A stretch of 64,000 bases of DNA from Candidatus Berkelbacteria bacterium (GCA_026397135.1 JAPLVL010000001.1:12753-76752); one strand, 5' to 3'; counted from the stretch's first letter, positions 48,429 to 58,683 are shown. The notes: generated by a model from the sequence alone, not told the origin. Made by a program: numbers and translations.

Positions 48429-50003
48429 TTACAACATCGCAACACTCAAATCTATCCCCGACATCTCGGCTGGTTTTTTGATTCCCATGTTTGCCAAAAT
48501 CGACGGTGCAACATCAGCCAAAACACCGATAGGGATACTGGTCGCATATTGCAAATAATAATCCTTTGAAATCACTTTGCCCGTTTCTGGCGCAAAAGGA
48601 TGTTTCTCGAAGTTAAGATAAACGAACGGTACGGGATTGGTAGTGTGCTCCTTGTCAACTTCACCTGTCTCATCGTTTATCATTGTCTCACAATTACCAT
48701 GATCAGCCGTCACAAATACTCGGTATTCCTGGGCTGCTGCGATTTTCAAGATTTCTCCGAGACAATTATCAACAGTCTCACAAGCTTTTATCGCTGCTGG
48801 TATAACTCCGGTATGTCCTACCATATCGCCGTTCGCGAAGTTAACAACTACAAAATCATACTTTTTATTCAGGGAATATATTACTTTGTCCCTGACTTCA
48901 AAGGCAGACATTTCAGGCAATTTGTCATAGGTAGGTACTTTCTTCGAGGGCACTATTTGGTCTTTCTCTCCATGAAGCACTTTCTCAGAACCAGCCTTGA
49001 AGAAGTAGGTCACATGAGCAAATTTCTCTGTCTCAGCAGTATGAAATTGCGTCCTTTTCGCTTTGGAAATCATCTCCGAAACCGTATTTGCCATATTGAT
49101 CGACGGAAACAATATTTTAGTCTTTTGCTCTTTCTGGTATTGCGTCATCGAGAGAAGCTGTAATTTGGTGGGTGGTTTCCACTTTCTCTGTCCACCCTCA
49201 AAGAGGGAGAGTAATTGTCTCATACGATCGCTTCTGTGGTTAAACAAAATTACCCCATCCCCTGATTCGATTTTGCCACCTTCCCCAATCACAGCCGGCT
49301 TAATAAACTCATCCGAAGTGTCATGTTTGTAGCTGTCCAAGATCGCCTCTTCCGCTTTCAGATAATGAGCACCGACATTATTAACGAAGAGATCAAAGGC
49401 CTGAGATTCACGATCCCAGTTTTTGTCACGATCCATCGCAAAATAACGCCCGACAATGGTTGCAATTCTTCCAAATTTGAAAAATTTAAAAGCTGATTCT
49501 AACTGACGGACAAATTCCAAAGCTTTGCTCGGAGCAGTGTCCCGCCCATCCGAGATGAAATGAACGATTACTTTTTTCAATCCTTTCATCTTGGCCATTT
49601 CCAAGAAAGCGACCAGGTGACGGAAATGAGAGTGAACACCACCGTCAGAGACGAGTCCAATCAGATGCAAGGTTTTGTCTTGTTTGATTAAATTATCATA
49701 CAGTGAGATTAAATCCTCGTTTTTGAAAAAATCCTGGCTACTGATCGATTGATCAATTCTTGGCAAATTCTCCCAAACGACTCGGCCAAGTCCAATGCTC
49801 ATATGGCCAACTTCAGAGTTTCCCGGCTCGCCCACGCTCAATCCGACTTCTATTCCAGAAGCCGATATCGAGGTCTTGGGGTATTCTTCGTAAATATAAT
49901 CAAGAGTCGGCGTCTTTGCCAAAAAAGGGGCATTCCCCTTCTCGGTTGGCGAAAGACCCCAGCCATCCATTATAACTAATAAAACTTTGCTTTTTGTTGC
50001 CAA
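48429..50003 (-). CDS. gpmI: 2,3-bisphosphoglycerate-independent phosphoglycerate mutase
   Basis: 524 aa. LLVIMDGWG N-terminal metal-site motif, full iPGM length. Confidence 0.9.
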   Translation of the reverse strand: MATKSKVLLVIMDGWGLSPTEKGNAPFLAKTPTLDYIYEEYPKTSISASGIEVGLSVGEPGNSEVGHMSIGLGRVVWENLPRIDQSISSQDFFKNEDLISLYDNLIKQDKTLHLIGLVSDGGVHSHFRHLVAFLEMAKMKGLKKVIVHFISDGRDTAPSKALEFVRQLESAFKFFKFGRIATIVGRYFAMDRDKNWDRESQAFDLFVNNVGAHYLKAEEAILDSYKHDTSDEFIKPAVIGEGGKIESGDGVILFNHRSDRMRQLLSLFEGGQRKWKPPTKLQLLSMTQYQKEQKTKILFPSINMANTVSEMISKAKRTQFHTAETEKFAHVTYFFKAGSEKVLHGEKDQIVPSKKVPTYDKLPEMSAFEVRDKVIYSLNKKYDFVVVNFANGDMVGHTGVIPAAIKACETVDNCLGEILKIAAAQEYRVFVTADHGNCETMINDETGEVDKEHTTNPVPFVYLNFEKHPFAPETGKVISKDYYLQYATSIPIGVLADVAPSILANMGIKKPAEMSGIDLSVAML

Positions 50004-50092
50004 ATTTACCCTCCAAAATTGATATTAGCTCTATTATAATTCATTCCAGTAATTAGCTCAATCTACCAGCAAACAGATCCACCCAAAACAAA

Positions 50093-52912
50093 TTATTTTC
50101 CACAGCATTTCTTGTATTTCTTGCCGCTTCCACATGGACAAGGATCATTGCGGCCCGGTTTGGCCACGTGTTTCACCTGTGAAGCAGGGCCAGTCGCCGC
50201 CGATTCTTTCATCCGATCGAAGACAGTCTTCTTTTGCGACAACATTACGCTTTCGCTATCAGCCCTGTTTGTATTAGATTCAGCCATCATCTTCTGTGCC
50301 ATTGCTAAATCTTCTTTTTCTTTGTCAAATCCGCCAACTTTATCAACCACTGGTTCAGAATAAAGAAGAGGTTTTGATTCTTCAGAAACTGGCTTCGGTG
50401 CCTGATTGTTTATCTTTATTTCAATTTTGAAGATTGTGCGGGCAACCATAGCTTCAATATTCTGTAAAAGCGCCTCAAAAAGTCGGTACGCTTCCTGTTT
50501 GTACTCAACCAATGGATCACGCTGACCGTAACCCTGCAAGCCAATTCCGGTACGCAATTCATCCATCGTTGTCAGGTGTTCAATCCAGAGCATATCGATT
50601 GTCCGAAGATAAACCATCTTTTCAACCTCTCTGGTGACATTTGATCCGTACTTTTGCTCTCGATCATCATAAATTTTTCTTACAAATTGTTTCAATTCGA
50701 CAATATCAAGTGAAGGCAGGATAATCTCGCCGAAAATCGCTTTGAGTTCCATTCTCAATTTATCCTGATCTTCGATATAGAGATTGCAGATTTTTTCAAT
50801 TTCCTCTTCCAATATCTCCAAAATCTCATCCTTCAGCGAAAACTCTTCTTCCTCACTCCTGACTTCTGACTCCTGACTTCTGGCTTCTGAGTCTTGGCTT
50901 CTGGCTTCTGAGTCCTGACTTCTGACTTCCGACTTCCCGTCCTCCTCTTGTCGAATGGATTTGCTTTCAGATTCTAATACTCGACGGCGTTTTCGGTAAA
51001 TAACCTCACGGTGCTTATTCATCACATCATCATACTCAACCAGATGTTTGCGGATATCAAAATTGTATCCTTCAACCCTCTTCTGTGCCGATTCAATCGA
51101 GTTGGAGATCATCCGATTTTCAATCGGCATCTCATCGGGCAGACCCAGAGAGTTCATAATATTCTTTAGCCGATCACCACCAAAAATCCGCATCAAATCG
51201 TCATCCATCGAAACAAAAAACTGAGATGAGCCGGCGTCACCTTGGCGACCAGAACGACCGCGCAACTGATTATCAATACGACGCGCTTCGTGTCGCTCAG
51301 TTCCAAGCACATGCAGACCACCCAATTCCCGCACCCCTTCACCAAGTTTAATATCAGTACCACGACCAGCCATATTAGTCGCTACCGTGACAGCACCAAC
51401 CAAACCGGCCTTGGAGATTATTTTTGCTTCGCGTTCATGATTCTTCGCGTTCAATACCTCATGTTTTATCCCAGCTCTCTTCAGAGCTTTTGACAGAATT
51501 TCATTCTTGGACACAGAAACAGTACCAATCAAAATCGGTTGGCCCTTGTCGTGGCGTATTCGAACATCTTCGGTAATAGCAGTAATTTTCGCTTCCTCAG
51601 TTTTGTAGATCCGATCGGGAACATCAAGCCGAGCAACCGGTTTGTTTGTTGGAATTTCAACAACATCAAGCTTATAAATTTTGAAAAATTCCTCCGCTTC
51701 GGTCGCGGCAGTACCGGTCATACCTGACAATTTCTTATACATCCGGAAAAGATTTTGGAACGAAATCGTGGCCAAGGTTTGTGACTCATTTTTGACTTCA
51801 ACATTTTCCTTCGCCTCAATCGCTTGGTGCAGACCTTCAGAATACCGGCGGCCAACCATCAACCGTCCTGTAAACTCATCTACAATCATTATTTCGCCGT
51901 CCTGGACTACATAATCTCGATCTTTCTGGAAAAGAGCATGCGCCTTAAGTGCCTGTTCTAGATGGTGAACCATCGTAATACCACCAACTTCGTAAATATT
52001 GTCGATATGGAGCATTTTCTCCATCTCGTGAATTCCTTTATCGGTCAGTGTGACAGTCTTTTCCTTCTCGTCAATAACATAATCATCTGTTTCAGTAAGC
52101 CGAGGAACCAAGGCGGCAAATTGTTGATACATCCCGCCCGATTCTTCAGCCGGAGCTGAAATAATAAGCGGCGTCCTGGCTTCGTCAATCAATATCGAGT
52201 CCACCTCATCAACAATTGCAAAATATAGCTCCCGCTGGACGCAAAGTTCTAGATTTGGCGCCATATTATCGCGCAAATAGTCGAACCCAAATTCGTTGTT
52301 TGTACCATAAGTAATGTCAGCATGATATGCATCGCGCCGACTACATGGTTCCAGGTTCAATCCCTCACACTCCGAATAGTGTTTGTAATCATGGCTTTTT
52401 TTGAAACGATAAGTCTCTTGATTGCTCTGAATGATACCAGTCGAAAGTCCCAAAAAGTCAAAAACTTGTCCCATTCCCTCGCCCTGATGTTTCGAGAGAT
52501 AATCATTTACCGTTACCAAGTGAGCGCCGCGACCGGCTAATGAATTTAAATATAGAGGGAGTGTCGCTACGATTGTCTTACCTTCACCAGTTTTCATCTC
52601 GGCGATTTTGCCTTGGTGAAGCACGAGGCCACCAATTATTTGTACGTCAAAATGGCGCTCTCCCCAGACACGCTTCATCGCTTCTCGCAATACAGCAAAG
52701 GCCTCAGGCGCGATCTGCTCAAGTATCTCGTCTTCGGAAATCTCTGATTCTCTGTCTTTGATTCGATTCCGAAACTCAGTCGTCTTCTGTTTCAACTCCT
52801 CGCCAGAGAGATTACTGACCTCCTTTTCGAAATCACTGATTTCCCTAACCTGACGCTCCAAAGCGCCAATCACTCTTTTGCTCGGATTGTAAAATTTATC
52901 AATTAAACCCAT
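50093..52912 (-). CDS. secA: Preprotein translocase ATPase SecA, with an in-frame heptad-repeat insertion
   Basis: DEAD-like motor motifs and C-terminal zinc finger CPCGSGKKYKKCCG. Likely start MGLIDKFYNPS (~52912; track ORF extends to 52978). Insertion EVRSQDSEARSQDSEARSQESEVRSEEEE. Confidence 0.9.
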   Translation of the reverse strand: MGLIDKFYNPSKRVIGALERQVREISDFEKEVSNLSGEELKQKTTEFRNRIKDRESEISEDEILEQIAPEAFAVLREAMKRVWGERHFDVQIIGGLVLHQGKIAEMKTGEGKTIVATLPLYLNSLAGRGAHLVTVNDYLSKHQGEGMGQVFDFLGLSTGIIQSNQETYRFKKSHDYKHYSECEGLNLEPCSRRDAYHADITYGTNNEFGFDYLRDNMAPNLELCVQRELYFAIVDEVDSILIDEARTPLIISAPAEESGGMYQQFAALVPRLTETDDYVIDEKEKTVTLTDKGIHEMEKMLHIDNIYEVGGITMVHHLEQALKAHALFQKDRDYVVQDGEIMIVDEFTGRLMVGRRYSEGLHQAIEAKENVEVKNESQTLATISFQNLFRMYKKLSGMTGTAATEAEEFFKIYKLDVVEIPTNKPVARLDVPDRIYKTEEAKITAITEDVRIRHDKGQPILIGTVSVSKNEILSKALKRAGIKHEVLNAKNHEREAKIISKAGLVGAVTVATNMAGRGTDIKLGEGVRELGGLHVLGTERHEARRIDNQLRGRSGRQGDAGSSQFFVSMDDDLMRIFGGDRLKNIMNSLGLPDEMPIENRMISNSIESAQKRVEGYNFDIRKHLVEYDDVMNKHREVIYRKRRRVLESESKSIRQEEDGKSEVRSQDSEARSQDSEARSQESEVRSEEEEFSLKDEILEILEEEIEKICNLYIEDQDKLRMELKAIFGEIILPSLDIVELKQFVRKIYDDREQKYGSNVTREVEKMVYLRTIDMLWIEHLTTMDELRTGIGLQGYGQRDPLVEYKQEAYRLFEALLQNIEAMVARTIFKIEIKINNQAPKPVSEESKPLLYSEPVVDKVGGFDKEKEDLAMAQKMMAESNTNRADSESVMLSQKKTVFDRMKESAATGPASQVKHVAKPGRNDPCPCGSGKKYKKCCGK
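50845..50935. repeat. 7-nt-periodic tandem repeat inside the secA coding sequence (ctgacttctgactcctgacttctggcttctgagtc…)
   Basis: Read directly: ~13 heptamer units, in frame (21 nt = 7 aa). Same heptamer family as the intercistronic repeats, e.g. ctgactcctgactcctga at 23640. Confidence 0.6.
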
Positions 52913-53033
52913 TTTTTCCTTTATTTGACCGCATAGGTGCGGCATATAAATATCGATACACAACAATGGCACTAGCAAAGTACCAAATCTATTTTAGTCT
53001 AATTTACAGCTTTTGCAAGAGCACAATGTACTC

Positions 53034-53414
53034 CTAGATTTCCTCAGCCCCGCCAATCCTCAATTTCCGCAATATTTTTGCCAATTTATTTTCATCAAAT
53101 TTCTGAGCTTCTTTGATCCTCTTGCGATGAAATCGGCTCAAGTTTCGCTCAATGCCTTTGTAAGCATAGGCAAAGGCTCGCATCAATCGGTCATCAACCT
53201 CACGAACAAATATTTTTTCCTTGCCAAAGTTAGTCGATATTTCAACTGCTTGGTCAACCCCGCCCTTTTCCGCACTCGTTTCGTCTCGCAAGAAAACATC
53301 AATCAACATTGGTTCGTCCTTGAGATAGCGTTTTAGTTTCCTCAGCTTTCTCTCCATCAGGGACTTGTCGCGTGCCGACAGCACGATCTCCTTTGTGTGG
53401 AATTCGATTTTCAT
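53034..53414 (-). CDS. hpf: Ribosome hibernation-promoting factor / RaiA family (short form)
   Basis: 126 aa. MKIEFHTKEIVLS…RKLRKLKRYL…, beta-alpha-beta-beta-beta-alpha pattern of YfiA/HPF. Confidence 0.75.
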   Translation of the reverse strand: MKIEFHTKEIVLSARDKSLMERKLRKLKRYLKDEPMLIDVFLRDETSAEKGGVDQAVEISTNFGKEKIFVREVDDRLMRAFAYAYKGIERNLSRFHRKRIKEAQKFDENKLAKILRKLRIGGAEEI

Positions 53415-53568
53415 ATTGCTCTCCTTCCTGGCCGATCGGTGGACAGCTCCATCGCATCAACCAATTTAATGCTTCCTTCCTATATTGTACACCAAAGTGT
53501 CAAATTTTGAGCTGTAATTATGCAAATGCTAAACCGATGAATGAATTTCCGCTTTTCTGATCTAAAAT

Positions 53569-53997
53569 TCATGTCAAGGCAGTACCTCCGGTTTTATGCA
53601 TTTCCTCCGGCTTGGCGCCCAATTTTGTCGCTTCCGAAGCTATTGCCTCTTCTGCCTTCATTGTCGCTTCCGAAGCCGGCCCGGGATTTGCTTCATTCCT
53701 CAATGTTCTGACATCTCCAAGCGACTTCAACCTCTTCGCTTTTGATTCAGCTGTCCGTATCGCAGCCTCGCGGCTTAGCTCATTAACTTCGACCGGATGA
53801 TCAGTTTCGTTTGTCTTTTTCAGCTCTTGATACCGTGTCCAAAGCTGTCCGACTTTGGCAACATGGTCTCTTGCCTGCTCAGTCAAGGCCACAGCTCTGT
53901 CTCGTGGTGTTTCTGGTGCTGCAACCGCCTCGCTTGATTTCTCTCTATTTGCCTCGTCAATTTCAAGCCCATTGCCACCGAGTTCCAATATTGCCAT
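53569..53997 (-). CDS. Hypothetical charged helical protein (GC-richer than its surroundings)
   Basis: 142 aa, Ala/Glu-rich. Confidence 0.4.
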   Translation of the reverse strand: MAILELGGNGLEIDEANREKSSEAVAAPETPRDRAVALTEQARDHVAKVGQLWTRYQELKKTNETDHPVEVNELSREAAIRTAESKAKRLKSLGDVRTLRNEANPGPASEATMKAEEAIASEATKLGAKPEEMHKTGGTALT

Positions 53998-54109
53998 TTA
54001 CCCTCCTCCAAAACTGCTTAATTCACTTTGCATACTACACCACAGAATATGAACTACCTCAACGATTATCAAACTAAAGTTTGAGCTACGAGTGTTTGGT
54101 ATAAGTTGC

Positions 54110-55168
54110 TTAATATTCGATCGGTCTGACCTGGGCTTTGACTGTAAAATATTTAATCATGGCCGCGACCGATACCTCTGGCCTGAAATCATTATTTTGA
54201 ATTTCTTTGCCGACACCCTCTGGCGTCTGTTTTGATCGCAAGCGAATCAGACTGGCGCCAAATGGGTTTTCTTGACCATCTGGTTCAGTTGCTCTAGCTT
54301 TGTTTATCATTTCAAGCGAGAAATTTTTGTCCTGATCGTTAACTTCCCCAAATGTCGAAGTTCCTGTCACCTTCTGATAATATTCAAGCTTGCCAAGTAA
54401 TCCTTTCGCCATCTTGTCGCGATCATATTTATACCCAGCTTCAAGTGTACGAAAAGCTGGCATCATTGTCAGAATCATTTTCTCTTCGTCAGTCCGCATA
54501 TTTTCCGGTTTTTGTTTAATTTCAACCTCACGGCGATTTGCGTCCAAAAACCAATTTTGCAAATCTTTGACCTTGGCTTCGAACTGATTCATCGCGCTCT
54601 CAATTTGCTGTTTCTGTTCCTCAACCTGGCTTAGCATTTTCCTACCCTTCTCTTCATCATCGACGACTCGGTCTGCATCCGGCGAAACCATACCGATTGG
54701 ATTTTCCCGTATCGCTGAATTCGGGGCTTTTTCAATTTCCTTGTTTGGACCCATTTCTACGACTTGCCCTGCCCAAGCAGCCTTGATCTGCTCCTCGTTC
54801 GCCCCCAAACGCACCGCATCTTTGATAATTATTTCGCGAACTTTGTTGATCGACTCTAGAGCCTCCGGTCCCGCCTGAGGCTCCAGTTGAGCTAATGTTG
54901 AAATCGCCTCGAGTCGTTGTCCGATCGATTCTCTGTTTCTCTCTGCCAATGTGCTTTCATAAATAGTCGCCTCGGCCGGATTTTCAGTCGCCGAGAGGTC
55001 AACTGCTTTGTCGAGCTTCTGTTCTAACTGTGTCAAGTTTCCGAACCCAGCATTTGCCTTTTCGGCCAAACCGTCAACATGTTGCGAAGGATCATCTGGT
55101 TTTCTGACATCATTTTCGATCCTCTGGCCATTGTCCGGACGATACTTTTCGATATCCATATCACTCAT
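54110..55168 (-). CDS. Hypothetical acidic protein
   Basis: 352 aa. 4-nt overlap with the 69-aa gene upstream. Confidence 0.45.
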   Translation of the reverse strand: MSDMDIEKYRPDNGQRIENDVRKPDDPSQHVDGLAEKANAGFGNLTQLEQKLDKAVDLSATENPAEATIYESTLAERNRESIGQRLEAISTLAQLEPQAGPEALESINKVREIIIKDAVRLGANEEQIKAAWAGQVVEMGPNKEIEKAPNSAIRENPIGMVSPDADRVVDDEEKGRKMLSQVEEQKQQIESAMNQFEAKVKDLQNWFLDANRREVEIKQKPENMRTDEEKMILTMMPAFRTLEAGYKYDRDKMAKGLLGKLEYYQKVTGTSTFGEVNDQDKNFSLEMINKARATEPDGQENPFGASLIRLRSKQTPEGVGKEIQNNDFRPEVSVAAMIKYFTVKAQVRPIEY

Positions 55169-55374
55169 AAACCCTCGATTTCTTGTTTAATATTTGAAAT
55201 TTTTTTGCTATCGACTTTGCCCTGAAATTCACTAAAATACTTGGTTTGCGTCCGACGCAAATCTTCCTGGTCAGCCACCACCTCCGTCATAATTTTGTTT
55301 AACTCATTGAAAACTTCTTCGTCGCTTTTCTTTTGCACCATTTTCCTCCACTCAACTTCTGCACCGGAGAGCAA
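55165..55374 (-). CDS. Hypothetical small protein
   Basis: 69 aa, helical, operonic with the 352-aa gene. Confidence 0.35.
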   Translation of the reverse strand: MLSGAEVEWRKMVQKKSDEEVFNELNKIMTEVVADQEDLRRTQTKYFSEFQGKVDSKKISNIKQEIEGL

Positions 55375-55499
55375 ACTTTAGTTTGTCGGGAGAAAATATT
55401 TCAATCAAGCAAGCCTTTTTCCCAACACGCTAAAGTGTAGTCTACGATTTATATTTATTCAATTACAATATATCACAATTCTTCTTTTGAAAAAAATTA

Positions 55500-55535
55500 G
55501 GGGCAAAGAAATTACTTTGCCCCAGAGAAAGCGAA
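55500..55535 (-). terminator. Rho-independent terminator of the MFS transporter gene
   Basis: Minus sense: GGGGCAAAGUAAUUUCUUUGCCCC + UAAUUUUUUUC (9-bp stem, T-run). Confidence 0.6.
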
Positions 55536-55548
55536 CCAGCGGATCAGG

Positions 55549-56763
55549 TTAGGAAATGCGAGATTTCCTCGCCTGCCAGCACCAAAGTAGCCATACCGCC
55601 AAGATCAGAATTATACCAGACCAGAGCCAAGAAGTTCCGATCGAGAAGGTGTCCGCCAACCAACCGCTGACGATTAGGCCAATCACAGCTGCCAAGTGAC
55701 CCGAGGTTGAGCTGCAAGAATCAATCGTTGCCCGATCACGGCTTGGAATATCCTTGTGTAAATAGTCCAAGCGAATCGGGTCATGTGCTCCACGAAAAAT
55801 TTCGTGAGAGTAGAAGAAGAGCAGGGACGTGCCCAAGATTGGCACGAAACCAGAAAGCACGATGAAAACGCCAGTACCAAGCAAACAGAGCAGAAGTGCT
55901 CCGCGCTCTGACTTCATTTTCAAAACCAGATAACTGGCCAAACCACTCCCCACGAGAACCGAGATCTTGATCGCGGCTGAAATCCAGCCGAGATAAACAA
56001 GGTTTCCATGTAAAAGCCATTTGTAAAACGGCATCGATTGCATGTTGATACCCTGGACTGCGAATGAGAGTGCCGCTCCGGCCAAGATAAGAAAGAAAAC
56101 TTTCTCATCTTTGACCGAATAAACAACGCTCCGCTTCATAGTCGCGATACCTTCACTAATCTTCTTGCGCCAATCGAACGAATGTTGCTTGGGCCGATAA
56201 TCCTCTTTCATGAAGGAAAAGGCAAAAGCAAAATTGATCGCGGCAGCAACCCCGGAAAAAATCCAGGGGAAAGAATCGTTCAGAGTAGCGGCGTACGCCC
56301 CAATCACGGTTGCCAGCATTCCGGCGATGAGCCCGGCTTGATTTGCCATCGCGAAGATTTTCAAAAATCTGTCGTCATCATCGCGAAACCCATGATGAAT
56401 CATGCTGTCCTTGAACCAGGCAGTAAAAGCCCCGTTCTCACATGTTCGGCCCAGTGCCGCAATTACCTCTGCAAGAGCGAACCCGCCAAATGTAGTCGAT
56501 ACGGCATAGACAAAAGGATCGACCACACGGAAGAAGCAGGCCAAGAGGTATGAATTGCGACGTCCGAAAACATCAGCAAAGATACCCGTCGGGATCTCAA
56601 AAACAAATTGGGTAGCGAAGAAGATCGAGTTGATCAACCCGCAATCCAAATAGTTTTGCCCGTGGGCAAGCAGAAACAGAACATAGGTAGCGTTGATAAA
56701 ATTCATCGAAAAACGAAGAATTACCAACATGGTGACGTAGAGGATAGTTAACCGTGTACTCAC
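55549..56763 (-). CDS. MFS-family transporter
   Basis: 404 aa, 12 predicted TM helices. GRR-type loop motif FGRRNSYLLA between TM2 and TM3. Confidence 0.75.
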   Translation of the reverse strand: MSTRLTILYVTMLVILRFSMNFINATYVLFLLAHGQNYLDCGLINSIFFATQFVFEIPTGIFADVFGRRNSYLLACFFRVVDPFVYAVSTTFGGFALAEVIAALGRTCENGAFTAWFKDSMIHHGFRDDDDRFLKIFAMANQAGLIAGMLATVIGAYAATLNDSFPWIFSGVAAAINFAFAFSFMKEDYRPKQHSFDWRKKISEGIATMKRSVVYSVKDEKVFFLILAGAALSFAVQGINMQSMPFYKWLLHGNLVYLGWISAAIKISVLVGSGLASYLVLKMKSERGALLLCLLGTGVFIVLSGFVPILGTSLLFFYSHEIFRGAHDPIRLDYLHKDIPSRDRATIDSCSSTSGHLAAVIGLIVSGWLADTFSIGTSWLWSGIILILAVWLLWCWQARKSRIS

Positions 56764-57054
56764 AGTTCACCCCTTTTTAATGTGCTGGAAATGAATTTGC
56801 CGCTATTTCCAAAAAGCGTCCTGAAATATTCAGGACGCTTTCTTCAATATTGTAGAGAAATTAATTCTAGTTATTTATATTCAAAAAAATGTCCTGATTG
56901 TCTATCGCAAAATTGGCCGGATTGTAGTTAGTGCCGGTCTGGCGAGAAAGCATTTCAATTTTGTGACAAACGATAATCATTTTTTCGAATTATATTTCTC
57001 TTGGTTTCCCAAGTTATTGATTAATACTATAAATTATTGGGTATTCTTTGTCAA
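56764..57054 (-). promoter_or_regulatory. Leader upstream of the MFS gene (minus strand): sigma70-like promoter - ~200-nt untranslated leader - intrinsic terminator/attenuator; candidate riboswitch or sRNA
   Basis: Minus strand: TTGACA (~57054-57049) - 17 nt - TATAGT (~57031-57026). Terminator: AAGCGUCCUGAA AUA UUCAGGACGCUU + UUUUGG at ~56840-56808. Then RBS AAAAAGGGGTGA and GTG start at 56763. Upstream CAAUCAGGACAUUUUU can pair with the terminator's 5' arm (anti-terminator). Confidence 0.5.
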
Positions 57055-57096
57055 TAGCTGATCTCGACACTTATCCACAGCTTACAGCTTGCACTC

Positions 57097-57528
57097 TTGC
57101 TATTACTCTTCAATAATGATGGAAGGGGAAGATTTTATTATGAAAGGAGAATTATGGCCGAAGGCACAAGCGCATCACCAGAAGAAGAAAAGGCAGCCCA
57201 ACAAGACCTGATTGATGAACACATGGGTGATTCCAAATTTGTTGATTTTCTGACAGGTGCTGAGAAAGGTTCACTCGATCTAACTTCGCTCAAGGATGAG
57301 AGAATTCTGAAGTTTATCGAGGTTTACGACCAGATTGAGAGTACTTCTGACCAAATCACCGAGATCTTGCAGAATCGATTGTTCGAAGGTTTGAACCTAA
57401 ATGAAGTCAGCAACGATGCCAAGAAACAAATCAAAGAGTTTTTGCTCGAAAAGGCGAAGGAAGCCTGCCCTCTGTCGGCAAATATATCAAGAAGATTCGA
57501 GAATATCAGGAAACGACAGTTGAAATAG
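57097..57528 (+). CDS. Hypothetical acidic protein
   Basis: 143 aa. May be the N-terminal part of a longer gene; see findings. Confidence 0.4.
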   Translation: MLLLFNNDGRGRFYYERRIMAEGTSASPEEEKAAQQDLIDEHMGDSKFVDFLTGAEKGSLDLTSLKDERILKFIEVYDQIESTSDQITEILQNRLFEGLNLNEVSNDAKKQIKEFLLEKAKEACPLSANISRRFENIRKRQLK

Positions 57529-57740
57529 CCAAGAAAGAACATGAAATTGCTCAATTTGGCGACAAAGCAGCCCTAAATCAAGTCCGGACCGAAACTGCTC
57601 TAAATTTAGGCCAAGCTCAAGCCGAGCAAGCTGCCTTTACAGCCGAACAACTCCACAACAACTCCAATATTTGGAACAATCTAAAAAGGCTTGGCAATGT
57701 TTTCACCGGGAAAGGCTATCATTCCCAAACTGATTTCGAG

Positions 57741-58376
57741 TTGGAATCTCGCATCGGTGAATCGAATTTGGCTGCCCGCCTCCCGGAATTGACCCAAAAA
57801 CTAGCAGAAATTGATGGCAAATTAGTCAACTTAACTAATGCCGAAGTCGAAAAAGCCTCGCTTGAGACAACAATTCAGAAATTGGAAAACGGGCTACTCA
57901 AGGATGCCGACATGCTGAAAGATGTGAAAGAGTGCATGCTCAAAGCTGCCAAAGACAGACTAGAAAAGTCAGTTGGCAAGCTCGCTTCACAGGGCAGTAA
58001 ATACGGTGGCGAAGACCAAATTGGATTGGGTGAATATGCCAAATTGCAGGCCGATTATTCTCTCTGGTCTGGCAGCAAATATTTCGGCGAAATTTCGACC
58101 GATCCTGAAGCCAAAGCTCTATCTGACGAACTGATCAATGTTCTAAATACAGCTATTACCAACGAAGTCAAAGCTGTTGACCCAAGCAATGTTGGCCGTA
58201 GCATCGACAAAACCTGGCAGACAATCGAAAGTGCCTTGCCAAAAGACGAGGCCAAGAGCAAGGAAGCACTGAAATTGATCCGCTCAACCCTGACCGATCG
58301 ACTGAACACCGAGACTGATCGACCGAAACAGCTATTCCTAAATCGCGTCCTGGCCAAAATAAAAAATAACTATTAG
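57741..58376 (+). CDS. Hypothetical helical protein; its frame is open well upstream of the annotated TTG start
   Basis: 211 aa. By my reading the same frame stays open for ~70 codons upstream with no ATG/GTG/TTG (…IAQFGDKAALNQVRTETALNLGQAQAEQAAFTAEQLHNN…). Confidence 0.4.
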   Translation: MESRIGESNLAARLPELTQKLAEIDGKLVNLTNAEVEKASLETTIQKLENGLLKDADMLKDVKECMLKAAKDRLEKSVGKLASQGSKYGGEDQIGLGEYAKLQADYSLWSGSKYFGEISTDPEAKALSDELINVLNTAITNEVKAVDPSNVGRSIDKTWQTIESALPKDEAKSKEALKLIRSTLTDRLNTETDRPKQLFLNRVLAKIKNNY

Positions 58377-58389
58377 ACAAGGATTCAAG

Positions 58390-58683
58390 ATGAAAGATTT
58401 AGATAAGGATCTCCTAAAATCACTTTTCGAAGATGAAAAATACGGTGAAGCCCGTCAAGTTCTCGATCAATATTTGGCTCAGGATTTGAGCGATGCAGAG
58501 AAGGGAGAGGCATATGTCGAAGCAGTAATGGAATACATGACAATGGCCAACGAAATTAATACTCGCTACCTCTCCTCACTCCAAGAGATTGTTGCTTCTC
58601 TGAAAGAATTAGAGGAAAAGAAAGAAGAATACATCAAAAAAATCGATGTCTCTGGGCTGAAAAGCAAAATCGATCAACTCTAG
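58390..58683 (+). CDS. Hypothetical acidic helical protein
   Basis: 97 aa, 13-nt gap after the previous gene. Confidence 0.4.
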   Translation: MKDLDKDLLKSLFEDEKYGEARQVLDQYLAQDLSDAEKGEAYVEAVMEYMTMANEINTRYLSSLQEIVASLKELEEKKEEYIKKIDVSGLKSKIDQL

